Of a stretch of 64,000 bases of DNA, positions 38,691 to 48,278 are shown piece after piece (within the stretch, counting starts at the first letter, position 1; each line of letters starts with the position of its first letter). Below the pieces are notes generated by a model, which did not search any database, was not told the origin of the DNA, and saw only the letters and a program-made list of their open reading frames with translations. Source of the DNA: Chitinivibrionales bacterium. Its GTDB lineage: Bacteria > Fibrobacterota > Chitinivibrionia > Chitinivibrionales > WJKA01. The DNA lies in the NCBI GenBank assembly GCA_038247415.1, contig JBBRUX010000005.1, positions 59,504 through 123,503 of the forward strand. The letters run 5' to 3'. A program made the position numbers and the translations under genes.

Positions 38691-39926
38691 TTATTTTTTA
38701 GTATATGCATATAAAGCAGCTGGAAAAGGTGATAATACACGCTCCACAACGCCTTGCAATGCCGAAATGCAAATTCCATAATTGGTAAGCGGAACATTTT
38801 GTTCAGATGCTGCCATCTGCCTATTCATGGTTTCCCTACGGGTCAACATGCACGATCCGCACCCGACCACAATTGCATAGGAAGTAAGGTCATCGGGAAA
38901 ATCTCGCCCACATGCAACATCAATAGTAAGATCGCATCCTGTATACTGTCGCAGCCAGCGGGGAATTTTAACCCGACCGATATCATCTTCTGCAGCATGA
39001 TGCGAGCAGGCCTCTGCAATGAGAACTTTTGCCCCATCCTTAAGAGATTTTATTGCCCGTGCCCCTTTGGCAAAAAGTACCAGATCACCTTTCGCGCGTG
39101 CAAATAAAATCGAAAAAGTTGTTGCAGGAATTGTAGACGGTGTATCTGCAACCATTTTGAGCACAACTTGCGAATCACATACAACCAGATCGGGCGGTGT
39201 GGTAAGCCTTGACAACATCGATGAATACTCGCGCTCCTTAACAACCATAACTGCGGCATCATTATCGAGAATATCGCGAATCGATTGAACTTGCGGCAGT
39301 ATCAAACGACCCTTGGGAGCCTGCAAATCTATCGGTACAATAAAAATTGCAAGTCCTCCCGGCCGCACAAGATCGCCCAATAAGGGCGGGGTCAAAAGAA
39401 AATCTGGTGGCAAAGCAGCGTGTACTGTAGCAATAAACTTCTGCCGATACTCCACCTGAGCATCCTGTTTTATTGACGAAACACACACTACCCCATTCAC
39501 TTTTTTGGTAAGCCTGGCAACAAAAGGCTCTGAGGGCATAGCTTCATCTATTTTATTGACTACTGCAACACACGGCAATTTTCTTTTTAAAGCTTCGTTA
39601 ACGATATTCTCTTCAAATTCTCCATACTTTTCTGCTTCGAGAATAAGAATTACAACATCTGCACGGTTAAAAAGTGCATGAGTTTTTTTAAGCCTTTTAT
39701 CTGCTAGTTGCGTAGCATCATCAATACCAGCGCTGTCAAGTAATACTACCGGTCCCAAAGGCAGAAGCTCCAGAACTTTTTCTACAACATCGGTGGTTGT
39801 TCCAGGAATAGGAGAGGTTACTGCAATATCCTGACCACACATCATGTTGAGAAATGAGGATTTTCCAACATTTGTACGGCCAAATATGCCGATTTGCAAA
39901 CGATTAGATTTTGGCGTTGCTTCCAT
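38691..39926 (-). CDS. hydF: [FeFe]-hydrogenase maturation GTPase HydF
   Basis: GRTNVGKSS, GTTTD, NKID, APKGRLILPQVQ, EACSHH...CGSC, TNYG. Confidence 0.96.
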   Translation of the reverse strand: MEATPKSNRLQIGIFGRTNVGKSSFLNMMCGQDIAVTSPIPGTTTDVVEKVLELLPLGPVVLLDSAGIDDATQLADKRLKKTHALFNRADVVILILEAEKYGEFEENIVNEALKRKLPCVAVVNKIDEAMPSEPFVARLTKKVNGVVCVSSIKQDAQVEYRQKFIATVHAALPPDFLLTPPLLGDLVRPGGLAIFIVPIDLQAPKGRLILPQVQSIRDILDNDAAVMVVKEREYSSMLSRLTTPPDLVVCDSQVVLKMVADTPSTIPATTFSILFARAKGDLVLFAKGARAIKSLKDGAKVLIAEACSHHAAEDDIGRVKIPRWLRQYTGCDLTIDVACGRDFPDDLTSYAIVVGCGSCMLTRRETMNRQMAASEQNVPLTNYGICISALQGVVERVLSPFPAALYAYTKK

Positions 39927-39927
39927 A

Positions 39928-41298
39928 TTAAACGTGTCCCAAGCTCATAATTTTTTGTGGGGATAAGGCCTTTTCAACAACACTATCACCAAGCTGTGCC
40001 TTTAGATACTTTACAAAAACTTTTTCCGATGAATTTTTAAACGACACGACAAGGTCCTGAGCCTTTTCATATCCAATAACCGAAACAAGAGCAGTAATCA
40101 TGGCGGTGCTTGACGTAGAATGTGCGTTGCAGCGATCTTCATCAACCTCACACTGGTCGATATGCGCTGCGAAAATTGAACACGCTTTGCATAAAAGCGA
40201 AATAGCCTTTAGCAAGGCATCCGAAAGTAGTGGCAAAAATTCATTAATCTGTAAAGTTCCCCTGCTTGCGCACTCAGCTACGACACTGCATTCGCTCCTA
40301 ACTCGCATACTGCATTGAATTATGCTCTCGAGTATAACGGGATTCACTTTACCGGGCATAATAGAAGACCCTGCTGCCACGGCAGGAAGTCTAATTTCTC
40401 CAAGCATATGAAGAAGACGTATGTCGTCTGCAATTTTGATAAGATTTGCTGCACATGCACCAAGAATGCCGGCAACTTCTACAAAACTATCTGCATTTGC
40501 CGTTGCATCAACAAGATTCTCTGCACGAGTGATGCCATATCCCGTCAACTCACGCAAAACATCGGTAACCGTAAAGATATAATCGCGAGGAGCAGTTAAA
40601 CCGGTACCAATGGCTGTTCCACCAAGGTTTACAACACGCAAACGCTCTTCACATTTAAAGGTTCGCCATCTGTCGCGTGCAAGAGCCTCTGCAAATGAAG
40701 AAAATTGGGCACCCATGGTCATAGGCACAGCATCCATGCATTCTGTTCGACCCATTATGATAACGTGTGCCCACGCACTTTCTTTTTTCTGAAAAGATCC
40801 CTGTAAAAGCGCGCACGCAGAACTCAACGCTCTCAAGAGGCCAATGGCACCAACTTTAATTGCAGTGGGAAAAACATCATTAGTTGACTGATGCAAATTA
40901 ACAGCTTCAATAGGATGGAGATATTCATACTCGCCTGCGTTTTTTCCTAATTTTTGTAAAGCAGTATTGGCAATTACTTCATTTACCATCATATTAACAG
41001 ATGTTCCAGCACCACCACAAAGGGCATCTAAACAAAATGCATCACCATTTTTTCCAGCTAAAAGGTCATCGCATGCAGCAATTATAGCAGCAGATTGAGT
41101 ATCATTAAGGTATCCTAGTCTTTGATTAGTAATGCAGCATGCTTTTTTAACAATTACAAGCGATTTTACAAGCGATTTTGAAAGCCTCGCATAATCAAAG
41201 GGGAAATTTTCGAATGCACGTAGCGTATGAATTCCATACAGAGCATCTTGCGGAAGTGATCTCTCCCCTAACAGGTCGTGTTCGATGCGCATATTCAT
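39928..41298 (-). CDS. aspA: Aspartate ammonia-lyase family protein (hydrogenase-maturation associated)
   Basis: RIEHDLLG, QSTNDVFPT, GGTAIGTG, GSSIMPGKVNP fumarase/aspartase signature. Confidence 0.88.
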   Translation of the reverse strand: MNMRIEHDLLGERSLPQDALYGIHTLRAFENFPFDYARLSKSLVKSLVIVKKACCITNQRLGYLNDTQSAAIIAACDDLLAGKNGDAFCLDALCGGAGTSVNMMVNEVIANTALQKLGKNAGEYEYLHPIEAVNLHQSTNDVFPTAIKVGAIGLLRALSSACALLQGSFQKKESAWAHVIIMGRTECMDAVPMTMGAQFSSFAEALARDRWRTFKCEERLRVVNLGGTAIGTGLTAPRDYIFTVTDVLRELTGYGITRAENLVDATANADSFVEVAGILGACAANLIKIADDIRLLHMLGEIRLPAVAAGSSIMPGKVNPVILESIIQCSMRVRSECSVVAECASRGTLQINEFLPLLSDALLKAISLLCKACSIFAAHIDQCEVDEDRCNAHSTSSTAMITALVSVIGYEKAQDLVVSFKNSSEKVFVKYLKAQLGDSVVEKALSPQKIMSLGHV

Positions 41299-41302
41299 AT
41301 CA

Positions 41303-41569
41303 TTACTTTCCGTTGGGTTTTGCCAAAGCCGATTTCACCGAAACACCTGGAACCTGACCGAGTGATCCTGTTAATACCCCGAGGGCATCGGTAGTTGCAT
41401 CAACCACCAAAGTAATAACGCAACATTGACGAGATTGGTACGGTATGCCAGTGCGAGCTACAATGATGGTGCCATGTTCATGCAAAATAGCATTGACTTT
41501 TTCGGCGCTTTTTTCGCGGTTTTCAATAATAATACCAACAAAACCGAGCCGTTTTTCCAGAGTTTCCAT
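41303..41569 (-). CDS. TM1266 family iron-only hydrogenase system putative regulator
   Basis: RLGFVGIIIENRE...VNAILHEHG..IVARTGIPY...LTGSLGQVPGVSVKS; heads the hyd maturation operon. Confidence 0.9.
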   Translation of the reverse strand: METLEKRLGFVGIIIENREKSAEKVNAILHEHGTIIVARTGIPYQSRQCCVITLVVDATTDALGVLTGSLGQVPGVSVKSALAKPNGK

Positions 41570-41591
41570 GCTTGATACTTTCTATCTCTAC

Positions 41592-41634
41592 AAAAAAAAA
41601 TCCCGCTTCCTCTTCTGAAAAGAGAAAACGGGAT
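41592..41634 (-). terminator. Intrinsic terminator directly upstream of the TM1266-aspA-hydFGE operon
   Basis: Minus-strand AUCCCGUUUUCUCUU-UUCAG-AAGAGGAAGCGGGAU-U8: 15-bp stem with two G-U pairs valid only on this strand. Confidence 0.85.
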
Positions 41635-41732
41635 GCACTATTCATGTAAGCCACACCTGCTGGCTTTATAAACTAACGCATTCCCTTGATCTCAGATACA
41701 GATCCTCGTCGCAGGAAAACTGAAAAGAACAC
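41630..41732 (-). ncRNA. Candidate cis-regulatory leader RNA (attenuator/riboswitch-like), family not recognised
   Basis: Hand-derived mutually exclusive helices, including an antiterminator overlapping the terminator 5' arm; see findings. Confidence 0.45.
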
Positions 41733-41775
41733 AGAAGTGCCCAGAATAATCTGAAAACTTCTTAATTATACAATC

Positions 41776-43524
41776 CTACTTATACTCCGGTCTGGCTGTA
41801 TACGATGTATGCAGCAATTCATGAGATTTATGAGAAAGCGGATGTTCCAAGAACTCCTTATAGAGCAATTGAATTTCCGGATTCAAGTGAGAACAACGCT
41901 TAATGGAACGTTCGTCGTCGGTATAGATACCAGCAGTACGTTTACGACGGACAGTATCGTCGGCACCATAGGGCTGACCACCACCACCAACGCAACCACC
42001 ACGACAAGCCATTACTTCAATAAAATGGTAGGGTGAAGGCTTTCCTTCTGCAATTGCCTTGCGCACTTTATCAAGAACACTGGCAATATGAATCATTCCA
42101 TGAGCAACGGCAACATTAACTTTTGTACCTTCAACATCTACGGTTGCTTCTTTAACACCTTCAAGACCTCGGACATCAACAAAGTTGACATCCCCTAGTT
42201 CTTTTTTGGTTATAAGAGTATAAACAGTACGAAGCGCTGCCTCCATAACACCACCAGTAGCTCCAAAAATAGTGCCCGCACCGGTGTAATTACCAAGAAT
42301 TGAATCTACATTTTCTTCTGGTAAATTTGCAAAATCAATTCCAGCAGACTTGATCATACGAGAAAGTTCGCGAGTTGTAAGCGAAACATCGATATCCTTG
42401 TGACCAGAGCTAAACATTTCTTTACTACGCGCAATTTCGAACTTCTTTGCTGTGCATGGCATAATCGAAACCATGAAGATCTTGGCAGGATCGATGCCAA
42501 GCTTTTGAGCATAATATGTTTTCGACATTGCACCAAGCATTGATTGAGGCGATTTGGCTGTCGAAAAGTAAGGAATAAGATCGTGATAAAACTTTTCGAG
42601 ATAATCGACCCATGCAGGACAACAACTGGTAATCAGCGGAAGCGTTTCTGGGGCTTCTGTAAACCTCTTTACAAACTCAGACCCTTCTTCCATAATGGTA
42701 AGATCGGCTGCAAAGTTTGTATCGAACACTGCCTTAAAACCAAGTTGACGAAGGGCCGCATAGAGTTTACCGGTTTGAAGCGAGCCAGATTCAAATCCAA
42801 AAGATTCTCCAATAGCAACACGTACAGCCGGAGCAATTTGAACAATCGGGTACAGATCTGATTTTTGGAGAGCGTTCCAAACAACATGACATTCTGATTT
42901 TTCGTAGATAGCCCCTACTGGGCAATGTGCAGAGCATTGCCCGCACTGAATACAAGGGCTATTTGCAAGAGATACATCCCCTGCAGGTGCTATACGAGTA
43001 CCATCTCCGCGTCCAAGAAACTCAAGCGCCCAAACGCCTTGAAGATCTTGACACACTTTTGCACAACGCCCGCAACCGATACACTTTTCAGGGTGCAGAA
43101 CAAGACCTGACGAAGAAGTATCTTCGGGCAAATTTCGCAAACGTTGCGGGAACGGATTCTCACGGATACCAAAATCGGCGGCGATTGTTTGCAATTCGCA
43201 ATTTTGATTTCGTGGACAGGTAAGACACTCATTGGGGTGTGATGCGAGAATAAGTTCAATAACAGTTTTTCGCACTTCAATGATTTCGGTATCATGGGTA
43301 ATAATACTCATGCCTTCTTCAACCGGAGTTGAACATGCACGAAGCATTTTAGGCGAGCCTTCAACCTTGACAACACACACGCCACAGGCTGCCCATGCCT
43401 CTAAATCGGGATGATAGCACAGTGTAGGGATCTTGATTTGAACTTTTTTAGAAGCATCCAGGATGCTAGTTCCAGCAGGAACAGTTACCTGACGACCGTT
43501 TATCTTGAGACTAACTTCTTTCAT
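41776..43524 (-). CDS. hndD: [FeFe]-hydrogenase catalytic subunit (group A, HndD/HydA-like)
   Basis: H-cluster motifs TSCCPAW, MPCTAKKFE, EVMACRGGCVGGGGQP; N-terminal 2Fe-2S, HX3CX2CX5C and 2x4Fe-4S; AAGGAG SD before ATG 43524. Confidence 0.95.
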   Translation of the reverse strand: MKEVSLKINGRQVTVPAGTSILDASKKVQIKIPTLCYHPDLEAWAACGVCVVKVEGSPKMLRACSTPVEEGMSIITHDTEIIEVRKTVIELILASHPNECLTCPRNQNCELQTIAADFGIRENPFPQRLRNLPEDTSSSGLVLHPEKCIGCGRCAKVCQDLQGVWALEFLGRGDGTRIAPAGDVSLANSPCIQCGQCSAHCPVGAIYEKSECHVVWNALQKSDLYPIVQIAPAVRVAIGESFGFESGSLQTGKLYAALRQLGFKAVFDTNFAADLTIMEEGSEFVKRFTEAPETLPLITSCCPAWVDYLEKFYHDLIPYFSTAKSPQSMLGAMSKTYYAQKLGIDPAKIFMVSIMPCTAKKFEIARSKEMFSSGHKDIDVSLTTRELSRMIKSAGIDFANLPEENVDSILGNYTGAGTIFGATGGVMEAALRTVYTLITKKELGDVNFVDVRGLEGVKEATVDVEGTKVNVAVAHGMIHIASVLDKVRKAIAEGKPSPYHFIEVMACRGGCVGGGGQPYGADDTVRRKRTAGIYTDDERSIKRCSHLNPEIQLLYKEFLEHPLSHKSHELLHTSYTARPEYK

Positions 43525-43559
43525 TATCGACTCCTTATGCGGCATCACGCCTGATGGCT

Positions 43560-45347
43560 TTAGGATTTAATAACCGCGTCAAATTTACACACTTGAAAAC
43601 ACTCTCCGCATTTGATACACGCTTTAGAATCAATCAAATGTGGCTTACGCTTTTCTCCGCTAATTGCATTGACAGGACATTTTTTGGCACATGCTCCACA
43701 TCCAATACATTTATTGGTTAGTATTGAATACGCTAACAAGTGCGAGCACTTTTTAGCAGGGCATTTTTTATCGTTGATATGCGCCAAATATTCATCTTCA
43801 AAATAGGTCAATGTTGACATTACAGGATTTGGGGCAGTTTGTCCAAGTCCGCACAGCGATGCCCGTCTCATGGCTTGACCAATTTTGCGCATTGAGCGAA
43901 AATCGTCCTCAACACCCTGACCCTTGGTAATACGCTCTAGGATATTGAGCATCTGCCGTCCACCGTTACGACATGGGGCACATTTTCCGCACGATTCGTC
44001 GACAGTAAATTCGAGATAAAAGCGGGTAACATCAACCATACAGTCATCCTCGTCCATGACAATCATACCACCCGAACCCATGATAGAGCCAAGCTTTAGT
44101 AGATTTTCATAGTCGATTGGTGTGTCGAGATATTCGGCCTTAATAACCCCGCCCGAAGGCCCCCCCGTTTGAACAGCTTTAAATTTTTTGCCATGAGGAA
44201 TCCCGCCGCCAATATCATAGATAATTTCGCGAAGTGTGGTTCCCATGGGAACTTCGATAAGACCGGTGTTATTAATTTTACCGGTAAGCGCAAATACTTT
44301 TGTGCCTTTGCTTGTTTCGGTTCCGATTTTAGCAAACCAAGCACCACCCTTTTGAAGGATAAGCGGAATATTTGCTAATGTTTCAACGTTATTGATAACA
44401 GTGGGTTTGCCCCAAAGTCCCTTAACAGCAGGGAACGGGGGCCGAGGAACCGGCATACCACGTTTACCTTCGATACTTGCCAAAAGCGCAGTTTCTTCTC
44501 CGCACACAAATGCTCCAGCACCAAGACGAAGCTCAATATCGAATGAAAAATCGGTACCAAGAATGTTTTTACCCAAAAGTCCGAGTTCATGAGCTTGCTT
44601 AATAGCAACTTCAAGGCGATGGATAGCTAAGGGATATTCGGCACGAATGTAAACAAATCCCTGTTTTGCCCCAATGACTTTTCCAGCAATAGCCATTGCT
44701 TCAAGAACTGAATGTGGATCACCTTCGAGTGTAGAGCGATCCATGTATGCGCCAGGATCTCCTTCGTCCGCGTTACAAACGATAAATTTTTCGTCTGAAA
44801 CAACGTCCTTTGAGAAAATCCATTTTTTCCAGGTAGGAAAACCCGCACCACCACGACCACGAAGGCCTGATATTTTGAGCTCGTTGATAATGTCGTCGTT
44901 GCTCATGGTAGTAAGCGCTTTTTCGAGCGCAACATAACCATCGCGAGCAATATATTCGTTTACATTTTCGGGATCGATTACACCGCAGTTACGCAGCACA
45001 ATACGCACTTGTTTCTGATAAAAATCGAGATCATCGATTTTTACTCGTGCTTTACTTTCGGTATTACCGTAAACCAGCCGCTTTACCTGACGTCCTTTTA
45101 CAACATGTTCAGCAACGATCTCTTTGGCATCGTCTGGTGAAACACGTACGTAAAGCGTTTCGTCGGGGATAATTTTAACAACTGGTCCCTTTTCGCAAAA
45201 ACCGAAGCACCCAGTCTTGACAACCTGTGCATCGCCAGCAACGCCCTGTGCTTCGAGTTCCTTGATAATACCTTTGTACACCGCATCGCTACGAGTACTT
45301 TCGCATCCGGTACCACCACAAACAAGAATATACTGTTTATAAGCCAT
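43560..45347 (-). CDS. hndC: NuoF-like FMN/NAD(P)-binding hydrogenase subunit (HndC/HydB)
   Basis: GLRGRGGAGFPT, CNADEGDPGA, GAGAFVCGEET, ESCGKCAPCR, C-terminal 2x4Fe-4S. Confidence 0.95.
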   Translation of the reverse strand: MAYKQYILVCGGTGCESTRSDAVYKGIIKELEAQGVAGDAQVVKTGCFGFCEKGPVVKIIPDETLYVRVSPDDAKEIVAEHVVKGRQVKRLVYGNTESKARVKIDDLDFYQKQVRIVLRNCGVIDPENVNEYIARDGYVALEKALTTMSNDDIINELKISGLRGRGGAGFPTWKKWIFSKDVVSDEKFIVCNADEGDPGAYMDRSTLEGDPHSVLEAMAIAGKVIGAKQGFVYIRAEYPLAIHRLEVAIKQAHELGLLGKNILGTDFSFDIELRLGAGAFVCGEETALLASIEGKRGMPVPRPPFPAVKGLWGKPTVINNVETLANIPLILQKGGAWFAKIGTETSKGTKVFALTGKINNTGLIEVPMGTTLREIIYDIGGGIPHGKKFKAVQTGGPSGGVIKAEYLDTPIDYENLLKLGSIMGSGGMIVMDEDDCMVDVTRFYLEFTVDESCGKCAPCRNGGRQMLNILERITKGQGVEDDFRSMRKIGQAMRRASLCGLGQTAPNPVMSTLTYFEDEYLAHINDKKCPAKKCSHLLAYSILTNKCIGCGACAKKCPVNAISGEKRKPHLIDSKACIKCGECFQVCKFDAVIKS

Positions 45348-45360
45348 GAAACCCCTCCGC

Positions 45361-45750
45361 TTACCGGACCAAGTCGGTCGCTGGTTTATCGAAAATATGG
45401 TCGTTTATGAGCTTTTTGTTAATGATATGTTCGGTGATAATTGCCCGAGCAACTTCTGGAGTTACGTTTCCGTAAATAATAGAAGGAATACCCGGAGTTT
45501 GAACCTCCACCGTTGGTTCGCTATAGCAAAGTCCCATACAACCCGTTTGAGTAACGGTTACTGTTGAGATTTTTTGCTTTGCAATTTCATCGAGGCAAGC
45601 ATCGAAAGCAAGCTTTGCGCCAGCTGCAATGCCACATGTCCCCATACCAATGATAATCTGTGAATCTTTACCATCTGATTCACGAGGAACCATTGCCTGC
45701 TTCCGCTCGTCGCGGAGTGTCTTAAGATCGGATAGAGTCAATTTTGCCAT
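45361..45750 (-). CDS. hndB: Thioredoxin-like [2Fe-2S] ferredoxin subunit (HndB)
   Basis: GMGTCGIAAGA, TGCMGLCYSEP. Confidence 0.9.
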   Translation of the reverse strand: MAKLTLSDLKTLRDERKQAMVPRESDGKDSQIIIGMGTCGIAAGAKLAFDACLDEIAKQKISTVTVTQTGCMGLCYSEPTVEVQTPGIPSIIYGNVTPEVARAIITEHIINKKLINDHIFDKPATDLVR

Positions 45751-45761
45751 ACACGTTCCTT

Positions 45762-46304
45762 TTAGAGAAGCGTTTCTTCTTCTAGCATCTGCACATACTC
45801 ACGAATTGCAAGTAACGATGCAGCATCATTTATTGTTCCTAACTCGGCAAGAATCTCGTTTCGACTAATAGAATAGCTTTTATCGCCGCGAGTCCGGTTA
45901 AATTTCAGTTCGTAAGTGCCACCAAAGGTGAGCAATGTCAGAACTGTACCAGCTACATCTCCCAAAGGTGGTGCATCGGGATGTGATGCATTGAAAATGC
46001 ATTTGACCGATGTTCCTACGCCTTCTTTAGAACTTATTTCGAATTCCCCCTGTGTTGCCTCTACGGCCTGTTTAACAAAAGGAAGACCAAATCCGGTTGA
46101 CCTTAATGGATGTTTGCGAGGGTCTGTCGAAAAAGGATCGACAGCCTTTGCAAGTACCATGGGACTCATTCCACAACCATTATCAGATATAAAGAGCGAT
46201 ATTTTATTATCATTTTCGCAAAAATCGACTATTACCAGACTCGATTGTGCCTCGAGCGAATTCTGCGACAAGTCGAGGATATAGTCGACAAGCGCTGCAT
46301 GCAT
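45762..46304 (-). CDS. Stand-alone HATPase_c (histidine kinase-like ATPase) in the hydrogenase operon
   Basis: ILDLSQNSLEA, DNGCGM, DPFST, GFGLPF, PPLGD; no HisKA domain. Confidence 0.88.
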   Translation of the reverse strand: MHAALVDYILDLSQNSLEAQSSLVIVDFCENDNKISLFISDNGCGMSPMVLAKAVDPFSTDPRKHPLRSTGFGLPFVKQAVEATQGEFEISSKEGVGTSVKCIFNASHPDAPPLGDVAGTVLTLLTFGGTYELKFNRTRGDKSYSISRNEILAELGTINDAASLLAIREYVQMLEEETLL

Positions 46305-46307
46305 TGG

Positions 46308-46790
46308 CTATGAACCATATTTTGCGAGAATCGTATGAAGCTTATCTTTGGTTAATGAACCAAATACTTCACCATCTATCGTGAGCACTGGCGCCAAACC
46401 ACAGCATCCTAAACAGCGCACAGTCTGAATGGAGAATTCCCCATCTTCGGTAACGCCATTTACACCAATGCCCAAAATATTTTCGAGTTCTTTAAGGACA
46501 TCATCACCACCACGAAGGTAGCAAGCTGTTCCCATGCACATCGAAATAATATGCTTGCCTGGTTTTTGTACTTTAAAGAAATGGTAGAATGTGATTACGC
46601 CGTAGATTTTTGCGAGTGGAACTTCGAGTTCGCGCGACACACTCATGGCAACATCACGAGGAATGTACCGATATGTTTCTTGCACTTTATGCAAAACCAT
46701 AATGAGATTGCCGGGCTTATCTTTCCACTCACGGATGAAAGCACTAAGTTCCGGTGTCAGTTGTGCCGACTGCGGTACTGCCTGATCCAT
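46308..46790 (-). CDS. hndA: NuoE-like [2Fe-2S] hydrogenase subunit (HndA/HydC)
   Basis: LIMVLHKVQE, GVITFYHFF, CMGTAC, CLGCCGLAP; GGAGG SD before ATG 46790. Confidence 0.93.
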   Translation of the reverse strand: MDQAVPQSAQLTPELSAFIREWKDKPGNLIMVLHKVQETYRYIPRDVAMSVSRELEVPLAKIYGVITFYHFFKVQKPGKHIISMCMGTACYLRGGDDVLKELENILGIGVNGVTEDGEFSIQTVRCLGCCGLAPVLTIDGEVFGSLTKDKLHTILAKYGS

Positions 46791-46969
46791 GGTAACCTCC
46801 AAAGAAGGAAGAACAATCTTGCAGATTGCTTCCATTGGCTGATTTAGATTATATTAAGAAAAAAGACACATTAACTTTTTTCAATTTCTACTAACGTTCA
46901 ATAATATACTCCTTCTTAAATAAAATTACAAGAAAAAAATGTGGTTTTTGTAATTAATCGGAACATAAA

Positions 46970-47359
46970 ATGACCAATAATGTGAAACGCGCAACAATAA
47001 ATTTATCCGTGAGCGAAATAGCGACAATAACGCAAGCATCGGGTATTGTTACACCCCAGGGTTGGGAAAATCGAAGCATAGGTGGCATTGAAATTTCTGA
47101 TCTTATGAGCGAGGTTCTCCTCACAGAATATGCAGGACTACTCCTTATAACATCGCTCATATCTGATCAAACGATCCGGACGGCGCACATGATCGATTGT
47201 GCAGCCATTTTATACCCATATCAAAAAACACTTCCATCAACAGTGCTTATTCTTGCCAATCAGCTTAATATGTGCGTTCTGGTATCCCCGTATTCGAAAT
47301 TCGAATGCTGTTACAAACTTACCCAGCATCTAGAAAGAACCCGTACCAATGCCGAATGA
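46970..47359 (+). CDS. DRTGG domain protein (start uncertain)
   Basis: SDLMSEVL...LLITSL...IRTAHM...YSKFECC. Confidence 0.85.
   Translation: MTNNVKRATINLSVSEIATITQASGIVTPQGWENRSIGGIEISDLMSEVLLTEYAGLLLITSLISDQTIRTAHMIDCAAILYPYQKTLPSTVLILANQLNMCVLVSPYSKFECCYKLTQHLERTRTNAE
46980..46997. promoter_or_regulatory. Possible Rex operator
   Basis: ATGTGAA-ACGC-GCAACAA is an imperfect match to TTGTGAA-N4-TTCACAA / TTGTTAA-N4-TTAACAA, near the divergent promoter region of a rex-containing cluster. Confidence 0.35.
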
Positions 47360-48278
47360 GTCGGGTAAAAACATCTCTACTGCAGCACTCTTTACCCAAG
47401 AGGCCCTTTTTCGGCTACGCGTATCCGATGTCATGACGCGTAATGTAGTTACCGCTTCCCCATCCGATACCTTACGTGTTGTTCAAAACTTCATGAAAAA
47501 GAACCGTCTCTCTGGTATCCCCATTACATTAGACAATAGAATCCTTGGCATTATTTCTGTTGACGATATCATACGAGCTCTCGATTTTAATTACATCGAG
47601 GATCGTGTTGAGGCACACATGAGTCGCAATATGGTTGCCCTCGAAGAAACTATGCCCCTCTCGTTTGCTGTGGCATATTTCGAAAAATTTGGATTTGGAC
47701 GTTTTCCGGTAATTTCTCCCGAAGGTTTACTGAGCGGCATATTGACGGGTGGTGATATTCTTCGCGCGCTCTTACAAGAAGTAAGCGCTGAAGCAGAAAG
47801 GCTCTCGAGCAGCCAGCCCCATTCGATAGTTTCACCACGCGCGCTCTACCGTTCCTTTGAAGTTTACAAATACGATTTTTCCAACGCCGGGAAAGCCAGC
47901 CAAGAAATTAAAGCAATTCTTACCGAAGCGCAGTTGGCTCCAGGCCTTATACGACGTATTGCCGTGGGTTCGTACGAACTTGAAATGAATCTTGCGCTTC
48001 ATTCTGATGGTGGAAACTTAAGCTTTAGCATGAGCCCTTCTGCAATTGATATTATTGCCCGCGATAATGGCCCGGGGATCCCCGATGTATCCCTTGCGTG
48101 TACCGAAGGTTTTTCTACCGCAAACGATTGGATAAAATCGATGGGTTTTGGGGCCGGCATGGGACTTCCTAATGTTAAGAGGGTTTCTGATGAATTTGAT
48201 ATTGCATCTATTGTCAAACTTGGAACGATAATAACCGCACGTTTTTTTATTCCACCCGAAAACAAAGGTTCACTATGA
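47349..48278 (+). CDS. CBS-domain protein fused to RsbT-like Ser/Thr kinase (HATPase)
   Basis: Paired CBS (VSDVMTRNVVT; FGRFPVI), then YELEMNLALH, DNGPGI, GFST, GFGAGMGLPN. Confidence 0.9.
   Translation: MPNESGKNISTAALFTQEALFRLRVSDVMTRNVVTASPSDTLRVVQNFMKKNRLSGIPITLDNRILGIISVDDIIRALDFNYIEDRVEAHMSRNMVALEETMPLSFAVAYFEKFGFGRFPVISPEGLLSGILTGGDILRALLQEVSAEAERLSSSQPHSIVSPRALYRSFEVYKYDFSNAGKASQEIKAILTEAQLAPGLIRRIAVGSYELEMNLALHSDGGNLSFSMSPSAIDIIARDNGPGIPDVSLACTEGFSTANDWIKSMGFGAGMGLPNVKRVSDEFDIASIVKLGTIITARFFIPPENKGSL

Noticed and set aside
41680..41745. GACGAGGAU...UAUCUGAGAU on the minus strand resembles the glmS ribozyme core, and the overall topology resembles the ZTP riboswitch
   Set aside because: No AGCGCC cleavage-site motif or CGGCGGAUG for glmS, no GACUGGCG/CGCCUGGGC for ZTP, and the downstream genes fit neither class. 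Kept only as an unassigned leader.
43560..46790. nuoE/nuoF as respiratory complex I
   Set aside because: The adjacent large subunit has H-cluster motifs and no membrane nuo genes are present; these are hydrogenase diaphorase subunits.
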